64,000 bases of DNA from a virus. The position numbers and the translations under genes are program-made. The stretch spans positions 34,314 through 98,313 of IMG/VR virus record IMGVR_UViG_3300042446_001732; one strand, written 5' to 3'. The notes beneath the pieces were generated by a model. The model saw nothing but the letters and a program-made list of their open reading frames with translations, did no database searches and was not told the origin of the DNA. Shown here one piece after another: positions 8,654 to 19,034 of this stretch; the first letter of the stretch is position 1; each line of letters opens with the position of its first letter.

Positions 8654-11600
8654 ATGGCTCTAATCTCCCCCGGCGTAGAAGTAACAGTAATTGACGAAAG
8701 TCAGTACATCCCTTCAGCAGTTAACACAGTACCCTACTTTGTAGTAGCAACCGCACAGAACAAAGTTTCTAGTGATGGTATCACTGTGGCAGCTGGAACC
8801 ACTGCTGCAAACGCTAACAAAACTTATTTGATCACTAGTCAACGTGATTTGGCAGCCACATACGGTGTGCCTTTCTTCTACAACACAACCACTGGTACAC
8901 CTATCAATGGTTATGAACTCAATGAATATGGTTTGCTTGCTGCTTACTCAGCACTGGGCGTTACCAATCGTGCATATGTTCAACGTGTGGACATTGACCT
9001 TACTGAACTCACAGCTTCTTTGAGTCGCCCAGTTGGATCAGCTGTAGATGGCACCTATTGGTTAGACACTGCAAACAGCCTCTGGGGTATTTTTGAATGG
9101 AATCAAACCACTGCTTCATTCACAAACATAACTCCTATTGTTATTACTAGTACTGCTGATGTTGTGAGCGCGGTTGGCGGCGACTACACACCACTTACCA
9201 CTGTTGGCAATATTGGTGACTACGCTGTGGTGCCAATTGATAACTTTATTACTGGCTACTACAAAAACAGCAGCAATGCCTGGGTTCAGATTGGATCCAC
9301 TGCTTGGCAAACCAGCTGGGCAACAATCACTGGCACCAATACACCATCCAGTTTGACTGTTGGTAACAACATGTATATCAATGACAATTTGATCACAGTG
9401 GGTGCTACTAACACTGTGGCAGGTTTTGCTGCCTTGATCAACGCTGCTGCTATTGCAGGTGTTACTGCTGCTGCGGTATCTGGCAAGTTGGCAATTTATG
9501 CCAATTCAAATGCTACCAATGATGGTTCAACTGCAACCAACGGTGTGGTATCCATCCAAGCTGGTCCTAATTCAGGTGCAGCATTGTTGACAGCACTGGG
9601 CATCACAGCCGATGAGTATTTTGCTCCTGTTTACTTTCCAGGTTACAGCTATCAAAGTCCCCGTTGGAGAACCACAGATACAACCCCTCGCCCAACTGGC
9701 AGTGTGTGGAACAACGTTAGTAGTGCCAACAACGGATTGAATCTTTCGTTCAAACAATACAATGCAGCACTAGACACCTTTGTTGCACAAGCTGTGCCTG
9801 CTTTTGCCAATGATCCGTTTGCATTTGGCACCCTAGACCCCAATGGTGGAGGCAAAAATATACCCGTTGGCACCACCTACGTTCAGTATGATGCGCAACA
9901 GTATCTAACCTCTCCCAATAGTTCTTTTAACTTTTTGATACTTGAAAGACTTTCATTGGGTCAAGCAATATATACTGGTACCACAACACCTGTAGGTAAT
10001 GCATTTACAGTTGGCAACAGTTTCACTCTAGCAGGTACTACTCAGAACAATCCACAGTCTCTTAATACAGCCACTGTCACCATTGGCGGCACCGGCACAG
10101 TGTCTGATTTTATCACAGCAGTCAGTCAGGCCAATGTGCCTCACGTAATTGCCAGTGTTAACTCTGCAGGCAACATTGTGTTTACACATGTGCTTGGCGG
10201 AACGATTGCGGTTACTCCCATCAGCGGAACGCCACTGACAGCCGCTGGATTCACCTTGGCAACTCCCAAAGCTCGTGAATCCAGCACTGTTGCTAACACA
10301 ATTGTGTTTAGTAATTTTGTAACCACACCACTGTTTACCTATACAGCCAGTGATACAGAACCTGATCAGGATCCAGCTGATGGACGTTTATGGTTCTACA
10401 GCACCGTGAGTGATGTGGACGTCATGATCCAAAACAATGGTGCCTGGGTGGGATATCAAAACGTCGTCAATGACGTTCGTGGTTTTGATCTGTCACAGAC
10501 CAATGCATCGGGTCCTATTATTGCAGCATCTGCGCCAACCACTCAAAATGACGCAGCATTATCGCCACTGGAATACGGCGATTTGTGGATTGATTCCAGT
10601 GATCTAGAAAATTATCCTGTGATGTATCGCTGGCAGCCAGTCAGCGGTGTTGACCAGTGGGTAGCAATTGACACCACTGATCAGGTCACCGACAATGGGG
10701 TGTTATTTGCAGATGCTAGATGGGCACCCAACGGCACCACAGATCCTGTAGCAGATGCGTTTCCAACTATCATTAGTTTGTTAACCAGCAATTACCTTGA
10801 CCTAGATGCCCCAGATCCTGCACTGTATCCACAAGGCATGCTGTTGTGGAACACACGCCGTTCGGGCTACAATGTCAAGAGTTTCCAGGCCAATTACTTT
10901 AACTCAACAACATTCCCTGACGACACATTGCCAGCTGAAACCAACACCTGGCTCACCGCCAGTGGCAACAAAACCGACGGTGCTATGTATTCAGGACGTC
11001 TGGCACAACGTAAAATGATTGTGGCTGCAATGAAGTCGGGTATTGACACCAGTACTGCTGCACGTGAAGAACAAAATCAGTTTAACATCATTGCTACACC
11101 TGCGTATCCTGAACTGACACCAAACATGATTGCACTCAGCAACGAGCGCAACAACACACTATTTGTGGTAGCAGATACTCCAATGCGACTTGGTGCAAGC
11201 GGCACGGAACTGGTTACTTGGGCAACCAATGACCTTGGCGCCGGCCTTCCAACTGAAGACGGCAACTCAGCAACCAGTAACTATGCTGGTGCATTCTACC
11301 CCAGCTGCCAGACCACAGACTTAGGAGGTAACTTGGTTGTTGCTCCACCAAGCCATATGATGGTACGTACAATTCTGCGCAGTGATGCTGTGAGCTATCC
11401 TTGGTTGGCACCAGCTGGTACACGTCGCGGTGTGATTGACAATGCCAGCGCAATTGGATACATTGACAGTGCCACTGGAGAATTCCAACAAATTGGTGTG
11501 AGTCAAAGTGTCCGTGATATCTTGTACGAGCGTAACATCAACCCAATTACCTTTATTCCGGGCATTGGTATTACCAACTTTGGTAACAAGACCACAACTA

Positions 11601-11935
11601 TCACAACCACAGCACTGGATCGTATCAACGTTGCTCGACTGGTTGCGTTCTTGCGTGGACGACTTGAAGAAATTGGTAAACTGTTCTTGTTCGAACCCAA
11701 CGACGAAATCACACGCAACGAAATCACCAATTTGTGCAACAGCTTGATGATTGACCTGATTGCTAAACGAGCAATTTATGACTACCTGGTTGTTTGTGAC
11801 TTGAGCAACAACACACCAGCACGTATTGACCGCAACGAATTGTGGGTTGACATTGCGATTGAACCAGTGAAAGCTGTGGAATTTATCTACATCCCGCTGC
11901 GTATCAAGAACACTGGCGAGATTGCTGCTGGATAA
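8654..11935 (+). CDS. gp18: Tail sheath protein
   Basis: MALISPGVEVTVIDES N-terminus; PW.APAG.RRG, INPI, RINV.RL, FEPND, CD.SNNTP..IDRNEL.VDI.I.P.KAVEFIYI. Confidence 0.95.
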   Translation: MALISPGVEVTVIDESQYIPSAVNTVPYFVVATAQNKVSSDGITVAAGTTAANANKTYLITSQRDLAATYGVPFFYNTTTGTPINGYELNEYGLLAAYSALGVTNRAYVQRVDIDLTELTASLSRPVGSAVDGTYWLDTANSLWGIFEWNQTTASFTNITPIVITSTADVVSAVGGDYTPLTTVGNIGDYAVVPIDNFITGYYKNSSNAWVQIGSTAWQTSWATITGTNTPSSLTVGNNMYINDNLITVGATNTVAGFAALINAAAIAGVTAAAVSGKLAIYANSNATNDGSTATNGVVSIQAGPNSGAALLTALGITADEYFAPVYFPGYSYQSPRWRTTDTTPRPTGSVWNNVSSANNGLNLSFKQYNAALDTFVAQAVPAFANDPFAFGTLDPNGGGKNIPVGTTYVQYDAQQYLTSPNSSFNFLILERLSLGQAIYTGTTTPVGNAFTVGNSFTLAGTTQNNPQSLNTATVTIGGTGTVSDFITAVSQANVPHVIASVNSAGNIVFTHVLGGTIAVTPISGTPLTAAGFTLATPKARESSTVANTIVFSNFVTTPLFTYTASDTEPDQDPADGRLWFYSTVSDVDVMIQNNGAWVGYQNVVNDVRGFDLSQTNASGPIIAASAPTTQNDAALSPLEYGDLWIDSSDLENYPVMYRWQPVSGVDQWVAIDTTDQVTDNGVLFADARWAPNGTTDPVADAFPTIISLLTSNYLDLDAPDPALYPQGMLLWNTRRSGYNVKSFQANYFNSTTFPDDTLPAETNTWLTASGNKTDGAMYSGRLAQRKMIVAAMKSGIDTSTAAREEQNQFNIIATPAYPELTPNMIALSNERNNTLFVVADTPMRLGASGTELVTWATNDLGAGLPTEDGNSATSNYAGAFYPSCQTTDLGGNLVVAPPSHMMVRTILRSDAVSYPWLAPAGTRRGVIDNASAIGYIDSATGEFQQIGVSQSVRDILYERNINPITFIPGIGITNFGNKTTTITTTALDRINVARLVAFLRGRLEEIGKLFLFEPNDEITRNEITNLCNSLMIDLIAKRAIYDYLVVCDLSNNTPARIDRNELWVDIAIEPVKAVEFIYIPLRIKNTGEIAAG

Positions 11936-11944
11936 TCAAGAAAA

Positions 11945-11982
11945 AGGTGGGTGATTTTTCACTCACCTGATTCAGGTAAATA
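11945..11982 (+). promoter_or_regulatory. Intergenic hairpin followed by late promoter TAAATA
   Basis: AGGTGGGTGA-tttt-TCACTCACCT stem; TAAATA at 11977; AGGAG RBS. Confidence 0.55.
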
Positions 11983-12001
11983 AACACATAGGAGATAACA
12001 A

Positions 12002-12625
12002 ATGGCAGTTTCATCATTACAGCGCATGACAGTACCTTTGGCAAGCGATCAAAGTTCGCCAACCCAGGGCCTGTTGATGCCCAAACTCAAATATCGCTTT
12101 AGAGTGATGTTTGAAAACTTTGGTGTGTCAAAACCCACCACCGAATTGACCAAGCAGGTCATGAGTTTTTCACGTCCAAATCCAACATTTGAAGAAATTT
12201 CATTGCCAATCTACAATTCAACATTAAAATTGGCCGGCAAACATTCGTGGCCAGATGTCACATGCGAAGTACGCGACGATGCAGGCGGCTCTGTAAGCAA
12301 GTTGATTGGCGAACAGTTGCAAAAACAAATGGACTTCTTAGAAATGGCTAGTGCAGCGTCTGGTATTGACTACAAGTTTACTACTGTGGTAGAAATACTC
12401 GACGGCGGCAACGGCGCCAGTACTCCGGTGGTTCTTGAAACCTGGAATCTGTATGGCTGCTACATTAAAAATGCAGACTACGGTGCTCTTAACTACGGTG
12501 AAAGTGCTCCAGTGACAATCAACATGACCATCACTTATGACAACGCCAATCAAGGCGAGGGTGAGGGTGTTGGTACTTTGATTGGTAGAACTATTGGTGA
12601 TGTGGTAACTGGCGCCGGAGCTTAA
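12002..12625 (+). CDS. gp19: Tail tube protein
   Basis: Follows the sheath gene; PKLKYRFRV, 'KLAGKHSW', 'W.LYGC.I...YG.LNY'. Confidence 0.85.
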   Translation: MAVSSLQRMTVPLASDQSSPTQGLLMPKLKYRFRVMFENFGVSKPTTELTKQVMSFSRPNPTFEEISLPIYNSTLKLAGKHSWPDVTCEVRDDAGGSVSKLIGEQLQKQMDFLEMASAASGIDYKFTTVVEILDGGNGASTPVVLETWNLYGCYIKNADYGALNYGESAPVTINMTITYDNANQGEGEGVGTLIGRTIGDVVTGAGA

Positions 12626-12630
12626 ACTCC

Positions 12631-13809
12631 ATGGGCAGTTTTGGCCAAGACTTCGCTAAGGGTTTTTTTGGCACCGACAGCTTGCGTGATTATACTCACG
12701 CAAGCAAGGTCTTTCGCACAAATGCATACGAACTTAAACCTCGGTTCAAGTTTCTTTTTCACGTTAGCTTCACAGTCAACTATCAACAGATCCCTGCACT
12801 CAAAGGTGCAATGGACATTGATGCGTTGACCAATCTCAGTTATGTGGTCAAAACCGCTGACCTTCCTAAATTCAATGTGACTCACGAATACATGAATCAG
12901 TATAATCGTAAACGTCTGGTTCAGACCAAGATCAACTACGATCCCATAACTCTCACATTCCACGACGACGGCAGCGATACTGTGCGTAACATGTGGTACA
13001 ACTACTACAGCTACTACTACAAAGATGCCAGTCAAAAGTATGGTAATGATTCAAACACCAATGGCAGTGCAGGTGCTAGTCAAAATCAACAAAATGGGTT
13101 TGGCGGCTGGGAACGTGATATCTATTCAGACAACCGACAGGTTAACGACTGGGGCTATATCGGCGAAGCAGTCAACGACGGCACCAACACCACAACATCT
13201 GCAGGCGGCAAACCTGCATTTTTCCGCGACATTCGCATCTACGGATTTGACACCAACCACAAGTATGCTGAATACGTGATGATCAATCCTATCATTACCA
13301 ACTGGGCGCATGATCAGTATGATTACAGTGCTGGCAACGGCACCATGCAAAATACCATGACTGTAGCATACGAAAGTATCAAGTATTACGCTAAAGCACC
13401 AAACAAATCTGCGGTGGGCTTTGGCAAACCTGAACACTATGACACAACTCGTAGTCCTATTGCTAGACCAGGCAGCACCAACAGCATCTTTGGTCAAGGC
13501 GGCTTGTTGGATGTAGTAGGTGGTATCAGTGAAGACTTGCAAAGCGGATCAGTGTTGGGTGTGATTGGTGCTGTGCAAAAAGCTGGCACATTCTACAACA
13601 CCAACAAGCAATTTGGCGGCCTTAAAACGCTGGCCGTAAGTGAAGCCAAGGCACTGGGCAAAGATGTGTTGGTAGGAGCATTGCCAGCTGCTACTCGAGC
13701 AGTTGCCAGCAAGGCTGACGGCTGGATATTCCCCACTGCACAACAAACACGTCAAACCGCAGGTGCCGCAGCGGCAGCCAGAGCCAACGGCGCAGGAACC
13801 CCACAATGA
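12631..13809 (+). CDS. Tail-tube-like baseplate/tube initiator (gp54/gp48-like)
   Basis: Tube-fold motifs 'VKTADLPKF...QYNRKR..QTKINYDPITLTFHDD'; position after gp19. Confidence 0.6.
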   Translation: MGSFGQDFAKGFFGTDSLRDYTHASKVFRTNAYELKPRFKFLFHVSFTVNYQQIPALKGAMDIDALTNLSYVVKTADLPKFNVTHEYMNQYNRKRLVQTKINYDPITLTFHDDGSDTVRNMWYNYYSYYYKDASQKYGNDSNTNGSAGASQNQQNGFGGWERDIYSDNRQVNDWGYIGEAVNDGTNTTTSAGGKPAFFRDIRIYGFDTNHKYAEYVMINPIITNWAHDQYDYSAGNGTMQNTMTVAYESIKYYAKAPNKSAVGFGKPEHYDTTRSPIARPGSTNSIFGQGGLLDVVGGISEDLQSGSVLGVIGAVQKAGTFYNTNKQFGGLKTLAVSEAKALGKDVLVGALPAATRAVASKADGWIFPTAQQTRQTAGAAAAARANGAGTPQ

Positions 13810-14168
13810 GCACAGTCAACGAAGTCAACCCAAGACTGGGACAAACAGTCAGAGTGTTTGATTCCTTTTATGCATTTGATATAAATGCGTCGGCTGCAGA
13901 ATATGATGTGGTGTTTAGTTATTTTCAAAAACAAATGACCACAAAACAAGCAGCAGGAAACTTCACTGTGAGCCTGTTTAGAGTTGCTCAAGAAACTGGT
14001 ATCCCAGCGCTGACCTTGCTGTCAGAGTTTGAAGGCACAGCAGGCGGAGTTAATCTCAATGTGCAATTGGCCTATTATCTCAACTTGATACGTAATCGTG
14101 CCACTTTGTTGGGTGTGGGTGTGGCAGTGACACCCAACTATTATCCAGCTCGAGCAGTGATACAATGA
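13806..14168 (+). CDS. Hypothetical protein
   Basis: ORF translationally coupled within the late operon. Confidence 0.7.
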   Translation: MSTVNEVNPRLGQTVRVFDSFYAFDINASAAEYDVVFSYFQKQMTTKQAAGNFTVSLFRVAQETGIPALTLLSEFEGTAGGVNLNVQLAYYLNLIRNRATLLGVGVAVTPNYYPARAVIQ

Positions 14169-14596
14169 GTCATTGGGCCCAGGGCAGCTACGATGTGATA
14201 AACCGGGCCAAGTATGTGGGCAAAGGCATACCTAGATATCGGTCAGGCTGGGAACTCAGCTTCATGCGATTTTGTGACACCAATGATCATATCTTGCAGT
14301 GGGCCAGTGAGTCAATTGCTATTCCATACAAGCATCCGCTGACAGGCAAAATGACACAGTACATTCCAGACTTTTTGATCACTTATCGTACAAGAACCAA
14401 CACAATGAAAGCAGAGCTGATTGAAATCAAGCCCAAAAAGCAAAGTGTTATTGAATCAAAAATGAGCAGTCGAGATCGTGCTGTTGTTGCTATCAACTAC
14501 GCCAAATGGGACGCTGCTACCAAATGGGCTCGCCGCAATGGTCTGAGCTTTAGAGTTATTACAGAAAATGACATGTTTCATAACGGTCGAGCATAA
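14165..14596 (+). CDS. gp4: Head completion nuclease (T4 gp4-like, TnsA-type PD-(D/E)XK)
   Basis: KY.G....YRSGWE..FM..CD...W.SE...IPY...Y.PDF...EIKP..Q...N.AKW.AA. Confidence 0.85.
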   Translation: MSHWAQGSYDVINRAKYVGKGIPRYRSGWELSFMRFCDTNDHILQWASESIAIPYKHPLTGKMTQYIPDFLITYRTRTNTMKAELIEIKPKKQSVIESKMSSRDRAVVAINYAKWDAATKWARRNGLSFRVITENDMFHNGRA

Positions 14597-14611
14597 GCCA
14601 CTAAATATGGC

Positions 14612-15112
14612 ATGACACGTAAACTCTCAGAACTGTTTGATCTACCTCCCACCACAGACGAAATAGACACTGCAATTCCTGATCTGCCCACCAGCAGAGA
14701 AACTTTGCAAGCGTTGGACACTGCTATTGACAAGATAGACACAGCATTACCAGCAGTTCGTGGCCTGGATTCAACCGACACAGAGATGGACGAACTCAGT
14801 GATTTGGCCAAAAGCAGCTACAAAGATCTAATGGATCTTGGCATGCAAGTAGACAGCCGCTTTGCCAGCGAAATCTTTGGGGTAGCCAGCAACATGCTGG
14901 GCCATGCAATCACAGCAAAAACAGCCAAACTGGACAAAAAACTCAAGATGATTGATCTGCAACTGAAAAAGATGCGACTGGATCAAACAGCCAAACCCGA
15001 TGGCGACGACGGCTCAGGCCTTGTACAAACAGCACAAGGCGTGGTGTTGAGCCGTAATGATTTACTGGAACGTATCGTGGGTCGTAAAGATCAAAACGTT
15101 CAAAAAGAATAA
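14612..15112 (+). CDS. Terminase small subunit (T4 gp16-like)
   Basis: Size, central helical region ('DSRFASEIF') and C-terminal 'VVLSRNDLLERI' parallel gp16; TAAATA 4 nt upstream. Confidence 0.55.
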   Translation: MTRKLSELFDLPPTTDEIDTAIPDLPTSRETLQALDTAIDKIDTALPAVRGLDSTDTEMDELSDLAKSSYKDLMDLGMQVDSRFASEIFGVASNMLGHAITAKTAKLDKKLKMIDLQLKKMRLDQTAKPDGDDGSGLVQTAQGVVLSRNDLLERIVGRKDQNVQKE

Positions 15113-15132
15113 ATAGAGCATAGGATACCGAT

Positions 15133-15741
15133 ATGAAACCATTTGCAAAATACCTAGCTGAAAGCGAACGTACCTACAATTATCGCATCAAGATAGTTGG
15201 CGACGTGCCTTCGGACTTCTTTAGAGAACTTCAAGACAAACTGGCACAGTTTGACGTTGTTACAATGTCAAAGCCCAAGACAAGTCCAGTGCGTAAAGAG
15301 ATTCCAGACTTTCCAGCTTTTCCCAACCAAAGCATGACCATTGTGGATGCAGAGTTCAAGTACCCTGCTATTGAACCACAAATCAAGCAGTTGGCACAGA
15401 TACTGGGCATGGACCCTAATCGTATTGTGATGATGACCACACCCTACGAACAAAGCATGGACATTGAAGCTGAAAAGATCGGAAGTCAAAACAAAGACCT
15501 CCTAGACGATCCCACATATCCAGCCGATGATGCCCAACAACGTGCTCTCAAGAAAGACTACGGCGCAGACCCACATGATCATGTGGTGTTGAAGAATGCT
15601 TACAAGAGCAACTTTACTGTGGCTGGGGGAAAGACACCACCAGCAAAAACCACAAATGAATTGCCCATGGGCAATAAGAGCCCAATGACCAATATCAAGC
15701 GTCAGCCCAAGCCAGCCACTGGCGCCAACCCAAGAGGATAA
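15133..15741 (+). CDS. Putative head/internal protein
   Basis: N-terminus MKPFAKYLAE resembles a capsid-targeting sequence; late promoter at 15110. Confidence 0.6.
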   Translation: MKPFAKYLAESERTYNYRIKIVGDVPSDFFRELQDKLAQFDVVTMSKPKTSPVRKEIPDFPAFPNQSMTIVDAEFKYPAIEPQIKQLAQILGMDPNRIVMMTTPYEQSMDIEAEKIGSQNKDLLDDPTYPADDAQQRALKKDYGADPHDHVVLKNAYKSNFTVAGGKTPPAKTTNELPMGNKSPMTNIKRQPKPATGANPRG

Positions 15742-15745
15742 TATT

Positions 15746-17719
15746 ATGAGTTTCTTTTACGACCTAAACAAAAAACTAGATGGCATCCGTGCCACACCTG
15801 AAGTCACACACCAGCAACTAAACGAGCGTGATATGAGCCGTGCTGCCAAGGGCTATGAAAAATACGGCAAAGAGGGCATGGAAGCCTTGGCCAAGGCTGG
15901 ACGCGAAGGCAAAGCTCTTGACCCTGTCCGCGCCAAGTATGACAAGTATGACAACACCGAAGTAGACGAAGGCGCCCACAGTCAGGATGCCATGAAGTTG
16001 AATCCAGACTTTAACAAGATTGGCCGCAAGCCTGGCGTCATGGACCGTGTGGCCCAGGGTGTAAAAAAGATAGCTGATTTTGTAGCACCTGGCGACGAAG
16101 ACCTCATGCGTGACCTAGAACGCAAGAGCGGTGGCCGTCGCCCTACCAAAGAAGCTGCCCCAATGTCTGCCAAACAGAAATCGTTTGCTGCACTTGCTGA
16201 GCCTAAGGACAAGATCACCTTTGCCGACAAGATTGCTGGTGCCAAGAAAGAAGTTGACGAGATGCTGGGTGATGTTGCTGCCGAAGCAATGAAGAAAGCA
16301 CTAGGCGGCGGTAAAGGTCGCAATGCTGAAATGGACGAAGCCAGCCAAGACAATGCATTCACTGCACACAAGCGAGCCCGTGTTGAACAACCCAAAGTAG
16401 GCACAATCACTCATGGTTCCAAGCATGACGTAGAAGAAATTCCTGGCGGTCGCAGAGTCACTCGTCGCACTGATGCACAAGGTATCAGCGTTGGGGCCGA
16501 TGATGACAAGCCAGCAGATGGCGAAAAGCGTGGACGTGGACGACCAAAAGGTCCTGAGAAAGCACCTGAGCGTGTGACTGGTGGTGCTACCAAGCACAAA
16601 GGCGGTCGACAAATGGCCAAAGAAGATGACAACGAAAGCGACGAAATCAAACAAGCAGTGGCCATGCTGAAGAAAGCTGGCTACAAAGTTAGCAAAGCCG
16701 CCGACAGTGCTGAACAAGTGGATGAAAAAGCCGTAAGCAAAAAACAACAAAAGTTCATGGGCATGGTGCATGCTGCACAAAAAGGTGACAAGCCTGCCAG
16801 TGGAGCAGTTGCTAAAACAGCCAAGACCATGGGCAAAAAAGACGCAGAAGATTTTGCTGCAACCAAGCACAAGGGCCTGCCAGAAAAGAAAAAGCCTGAA
16901 GCCAAGAAAAAAGAAGTTGAAGAAACTTCTGACAACACACCAAGCAAGAGCTCAGGTGGCTTCAAGTTTGGTGGCGGCATCTACGACAGCCTGAATCGTG
17001 ACCTTGAAAATATGATTGCTGAAAGCATGAGCCGTCTTGACGAAAGCATGAGCATCAACATGAGCATGAACAACGACGAGCACGGTGGTCCAACTCGCAG
17101 TCTCACAGTCACAGCAACAGATGACGATGCAATGAAACTGAGTCAACTGTTGAAGAGTGCAGGACTTGGCGGAGGCGATGAAGGCTACGGTGGTAGTGGA
17201 ACACCTGACTGTTCATGTGGTGAACAACAAATGGACGAAGTGTCCATGAATCAGCCTGACTATCCTACCAATACTGAAACCAGCAATGATGCACTGCAAT
17301 ACTCAGGTGGCCTGAACAAGCCCAAGTCAACTGGACAGACTACAATTCCTGTAATTGCCAGCCAAGAAGAACGTCAGTACACACAAGAAGGTTCTGACTA
17401 TGACGACCTACAGGACAAAATACAATGGTTGATGGGTGCGCCAAATTATCTCAAACCCGACGAAGCCCGAGAAGCAGCAGCCTATACACCGGACACTGAC
17501 AGTATCTGGGATGGCTATCGTGACGACACCAACGAAGATCCCATTGCTAGAATGATGGACATGGCTGGTGTCAAGAAAGCCAAGCCAGATTTTCTGGACG
17601 TTGACAAAGATGGTGACAAAAAAGAACCATTCAAGAAAGCAGCCAGCGAAAAAGAAAAACAAGTTGACGAAAGCATTTTTGCTATGACAGCAAACTTGTG
17701 GAAAACCTACAAAGGATAA
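15746..17719 (+). CDS. Putative internal head polyprotein (charged, modular)
   Basis: Many xxE motifs; AVSKKQQKFMG module, AT-hook-like KRGRGRPK, EF-hand-like DVDKDGDKKE. Confidence 0.65.
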   Translation: MSFFYDLNKKLDGIRATPEVTHQQLNERDMSRAAKGYEKYGKEGMEALAKAGREGKALDPVRAKYDKYDNTEVDEGAHSQDAMKLNPDFNKIGRKPGVMDRVAQGVKKIADFVAPGDEDLMRDLERKSGGRRPTKEAAPMSAKQKSFAALAEPKDKITFADKIAGAKKEVDEMLGDVAAEAMKKALGGGKGRNAEMDEASQDNAFTAHKRARVEQPKVGTITHGSKHDVEEIPGGRRVTRRTDAQGISVGADDDKPADGEKRGRGRPKGPEKAPERVTGGATKHKGGRQMAKEDDNESDEIKQAVAMLKKAGYKVSKAADSAEQVDEKAVSKKQQKFMGMVHAAQKGDKPASGAVAKTAKTMGKKDAEDFAATKHKGLPEKKKPEAKKKEVEETSDNTPSKSSGGFKFGGGIYDSLNRDLENMIAESMSRLDESMSINMSMNNDEHGGPTRSLTVTATDDDAMKLSQLLKSAGLGGGDEGYGGSGTPDCSCGEQQMDEVSMNQPDYPTNTETSNDALQYSGGLNKPKSTGQTTIPVIASQEERQYTQEGSDYDDLQDKIQWLMGAPNYLKPDEAREAAAYTPDTDSIWDGYRDDTNEDPIARMMDMAGVKKAKPDFLDVDKDGDKKEPFKKAASEKEKQVDESIFAMTANLWKTYKG

Positions 17720-17724
17720 TTATC

Positions 17725-17907
17725 ATGATGAAACCATACACAGAAATTCAAGCTCAACATGCACGTAACGAAGCCAGTGGATATGTACCACCAGCATTTA
17801 CTCCAGCAACTGTGAAACAAACTCCTGTGGAAATTCCTGGAGTCATGTATCAGTCTGCCAGCTTGTATCAACCGGTTGTGAGTCAACCGCCTGAGGACAA
17901 GAAATAA
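17725..17907 (+). CDS. Small hypothetical protein
   Basis: AAGGA RBS, ATG 17725; stop overlaps the next start. Confidence 0.6.
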   Translation: MMKPYTEIQAQHARNEASGYVPPAFTPATVKQTPVEIPGVMYQSASLYQPVVSQPPEDKK

Positions 17908-18236
17908 TGCCTCAAGCAAATGTATACACAAGTGCATCGGCACAGGCCTGGTTCACAGACAAGGCTCGCATCAGCACTGGCAGTAACACTGTGACGTTTC
18001 AGGTTGAAGCGGTACAATTGACCTATCAGAATCCAGGCACAGGCAACTGGGCCAATGCAGGCACAGCGGTAGGCAACATCTACAGCAATGCTGTCGCAAT
18101 TCCGGCAAACAGTCGTCAAGACATCTATGTTGGCGTGGGCAACAAGCTCACAATAGCAGGCGGCAACGTTACTATTCAAGAACTTGGCACAGCCAGTTCT
18201 GCTACCGCTGGCGAGAATGGCATAGGCAACGGCTAA
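17907..18236 (+). CDS. Hypothetical virion protein (beta-rich)
   Basis: Coupled ORF with Thr/Gly/Asn-rich composition. Confidence 0.65.
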   Translation: MPQANVYTSASAQAWFTDKARISTGSNTVTFQVEAVQLTYQNPGTGNWANAGTAVGNIYSNAVAIPANSRQDIYVGVGNKLTIAGGNVTIQELGTASSATAGENGIGNG

Positions 18237-18607
18237 TGCGAGCCAATGAGTTCATTGCAGAAGCCCATATTGGCCAGATTAGCAAACGCAATCAAAACGC
18301 CACAGTGGGGCTGAACAAGTTTCGTGATCAGAAATTTGCTGATCGTGTGTATGAACTCAATCGTATCATGATGGCTGTGGCATCAACTGATGGCACCTTT
18401 GTGCCTGATGTTGATGGTGAATCATGGGCAGGTCGCAACAATATTGCTGTGCCATACACCAAAGAAGAACAAAACATGCTGGCAAAAGCATTCCAAGCTG
18501 TGGGCAGTCATCACGAAGACATGAATCACGGTGATTTAAAATCTGCAGAGCATCCGGCTGTGAACACTATTAGCCCCATGCAGTCATTCAAGGGCTATCC
18601 GCGATGA
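18236..18607 (+). CDS. Putative internal head protein
   Basis: MRANEFIAE N-terminus; paralogous to the next gene. Confidence 0.65.
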   Translation: MRANEFIAEAHIGQISKRNQNATVGLNKFRDQKFADRVYELNRIMMAVASTDGTFVPDVDGESWAGRNNIAVPYTKEEQNMLAKAFQAVGSHHEDMNHGDLKSAEHPAVNTISPMQSFKGYPR

Positions 18608-18990
18608 GAGCCCGTGAATTCCTTAAAGAAGAAACAACGTTGCCTCCTGAACAAGGAGATCCAATGAATCATGTGTTTACCTTGCCTGGAGTAAAGTCTA
18701 GTGATCCGTACCAAATCTATAGACTGGGCGTAGCAATAGCCCGTGCTCGCAGCGATGCTGGCACAGATGGTATCACTGACAAATTACCCAACTGGTCAGC
18801 ACAAGCCGCTTTTGGTGAAGATGCTGTGATTGCTGGATTCAACGACAGTGCTGGTCCAGCAATTGACTATGCATTAAAAATGGCCGGCCTGCCTGTTAAA
18901 AAAGTTCAGATAAGTACTCCAAACAGCCTAGAGCCCGCCCTGGTAAATCGTCAAAGCCCTGTTAACGCCTTTGCTGGCTACCCTCGCTAA
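18604..18990 (+). CDS. Putative internal head protein
   Basis: MRAREFLKE N-terminus; shares C-terminal VN..SP...F.GYPR with the previous gene. Confidence 0.65.
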   Translation: MRAREFLKEETTLPPEQGDPMNHVFTLPGVKSSDPYQIYRLGVAIARARSDAGTDGITDKLPNWSAQAAFGEDAVIAGFNDSAGPAIDYALKMAGLPVKKVQISTPNSLEPALVNRQSPVNAFAGYPR

Positions 18991-19034
18991 TCAATTTTTT
19001 TTTGCTAAATACTCCAACGAGGAATATTTAGATC

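Noticed and set aside
14165-14596. TnsA-like nuclease as evidence of a Tn7-type transposon
   Set aside because: It matches the T4 gp4 head-completion family in a morphogenesis context, and there are no other tns genes or terminal repeats.
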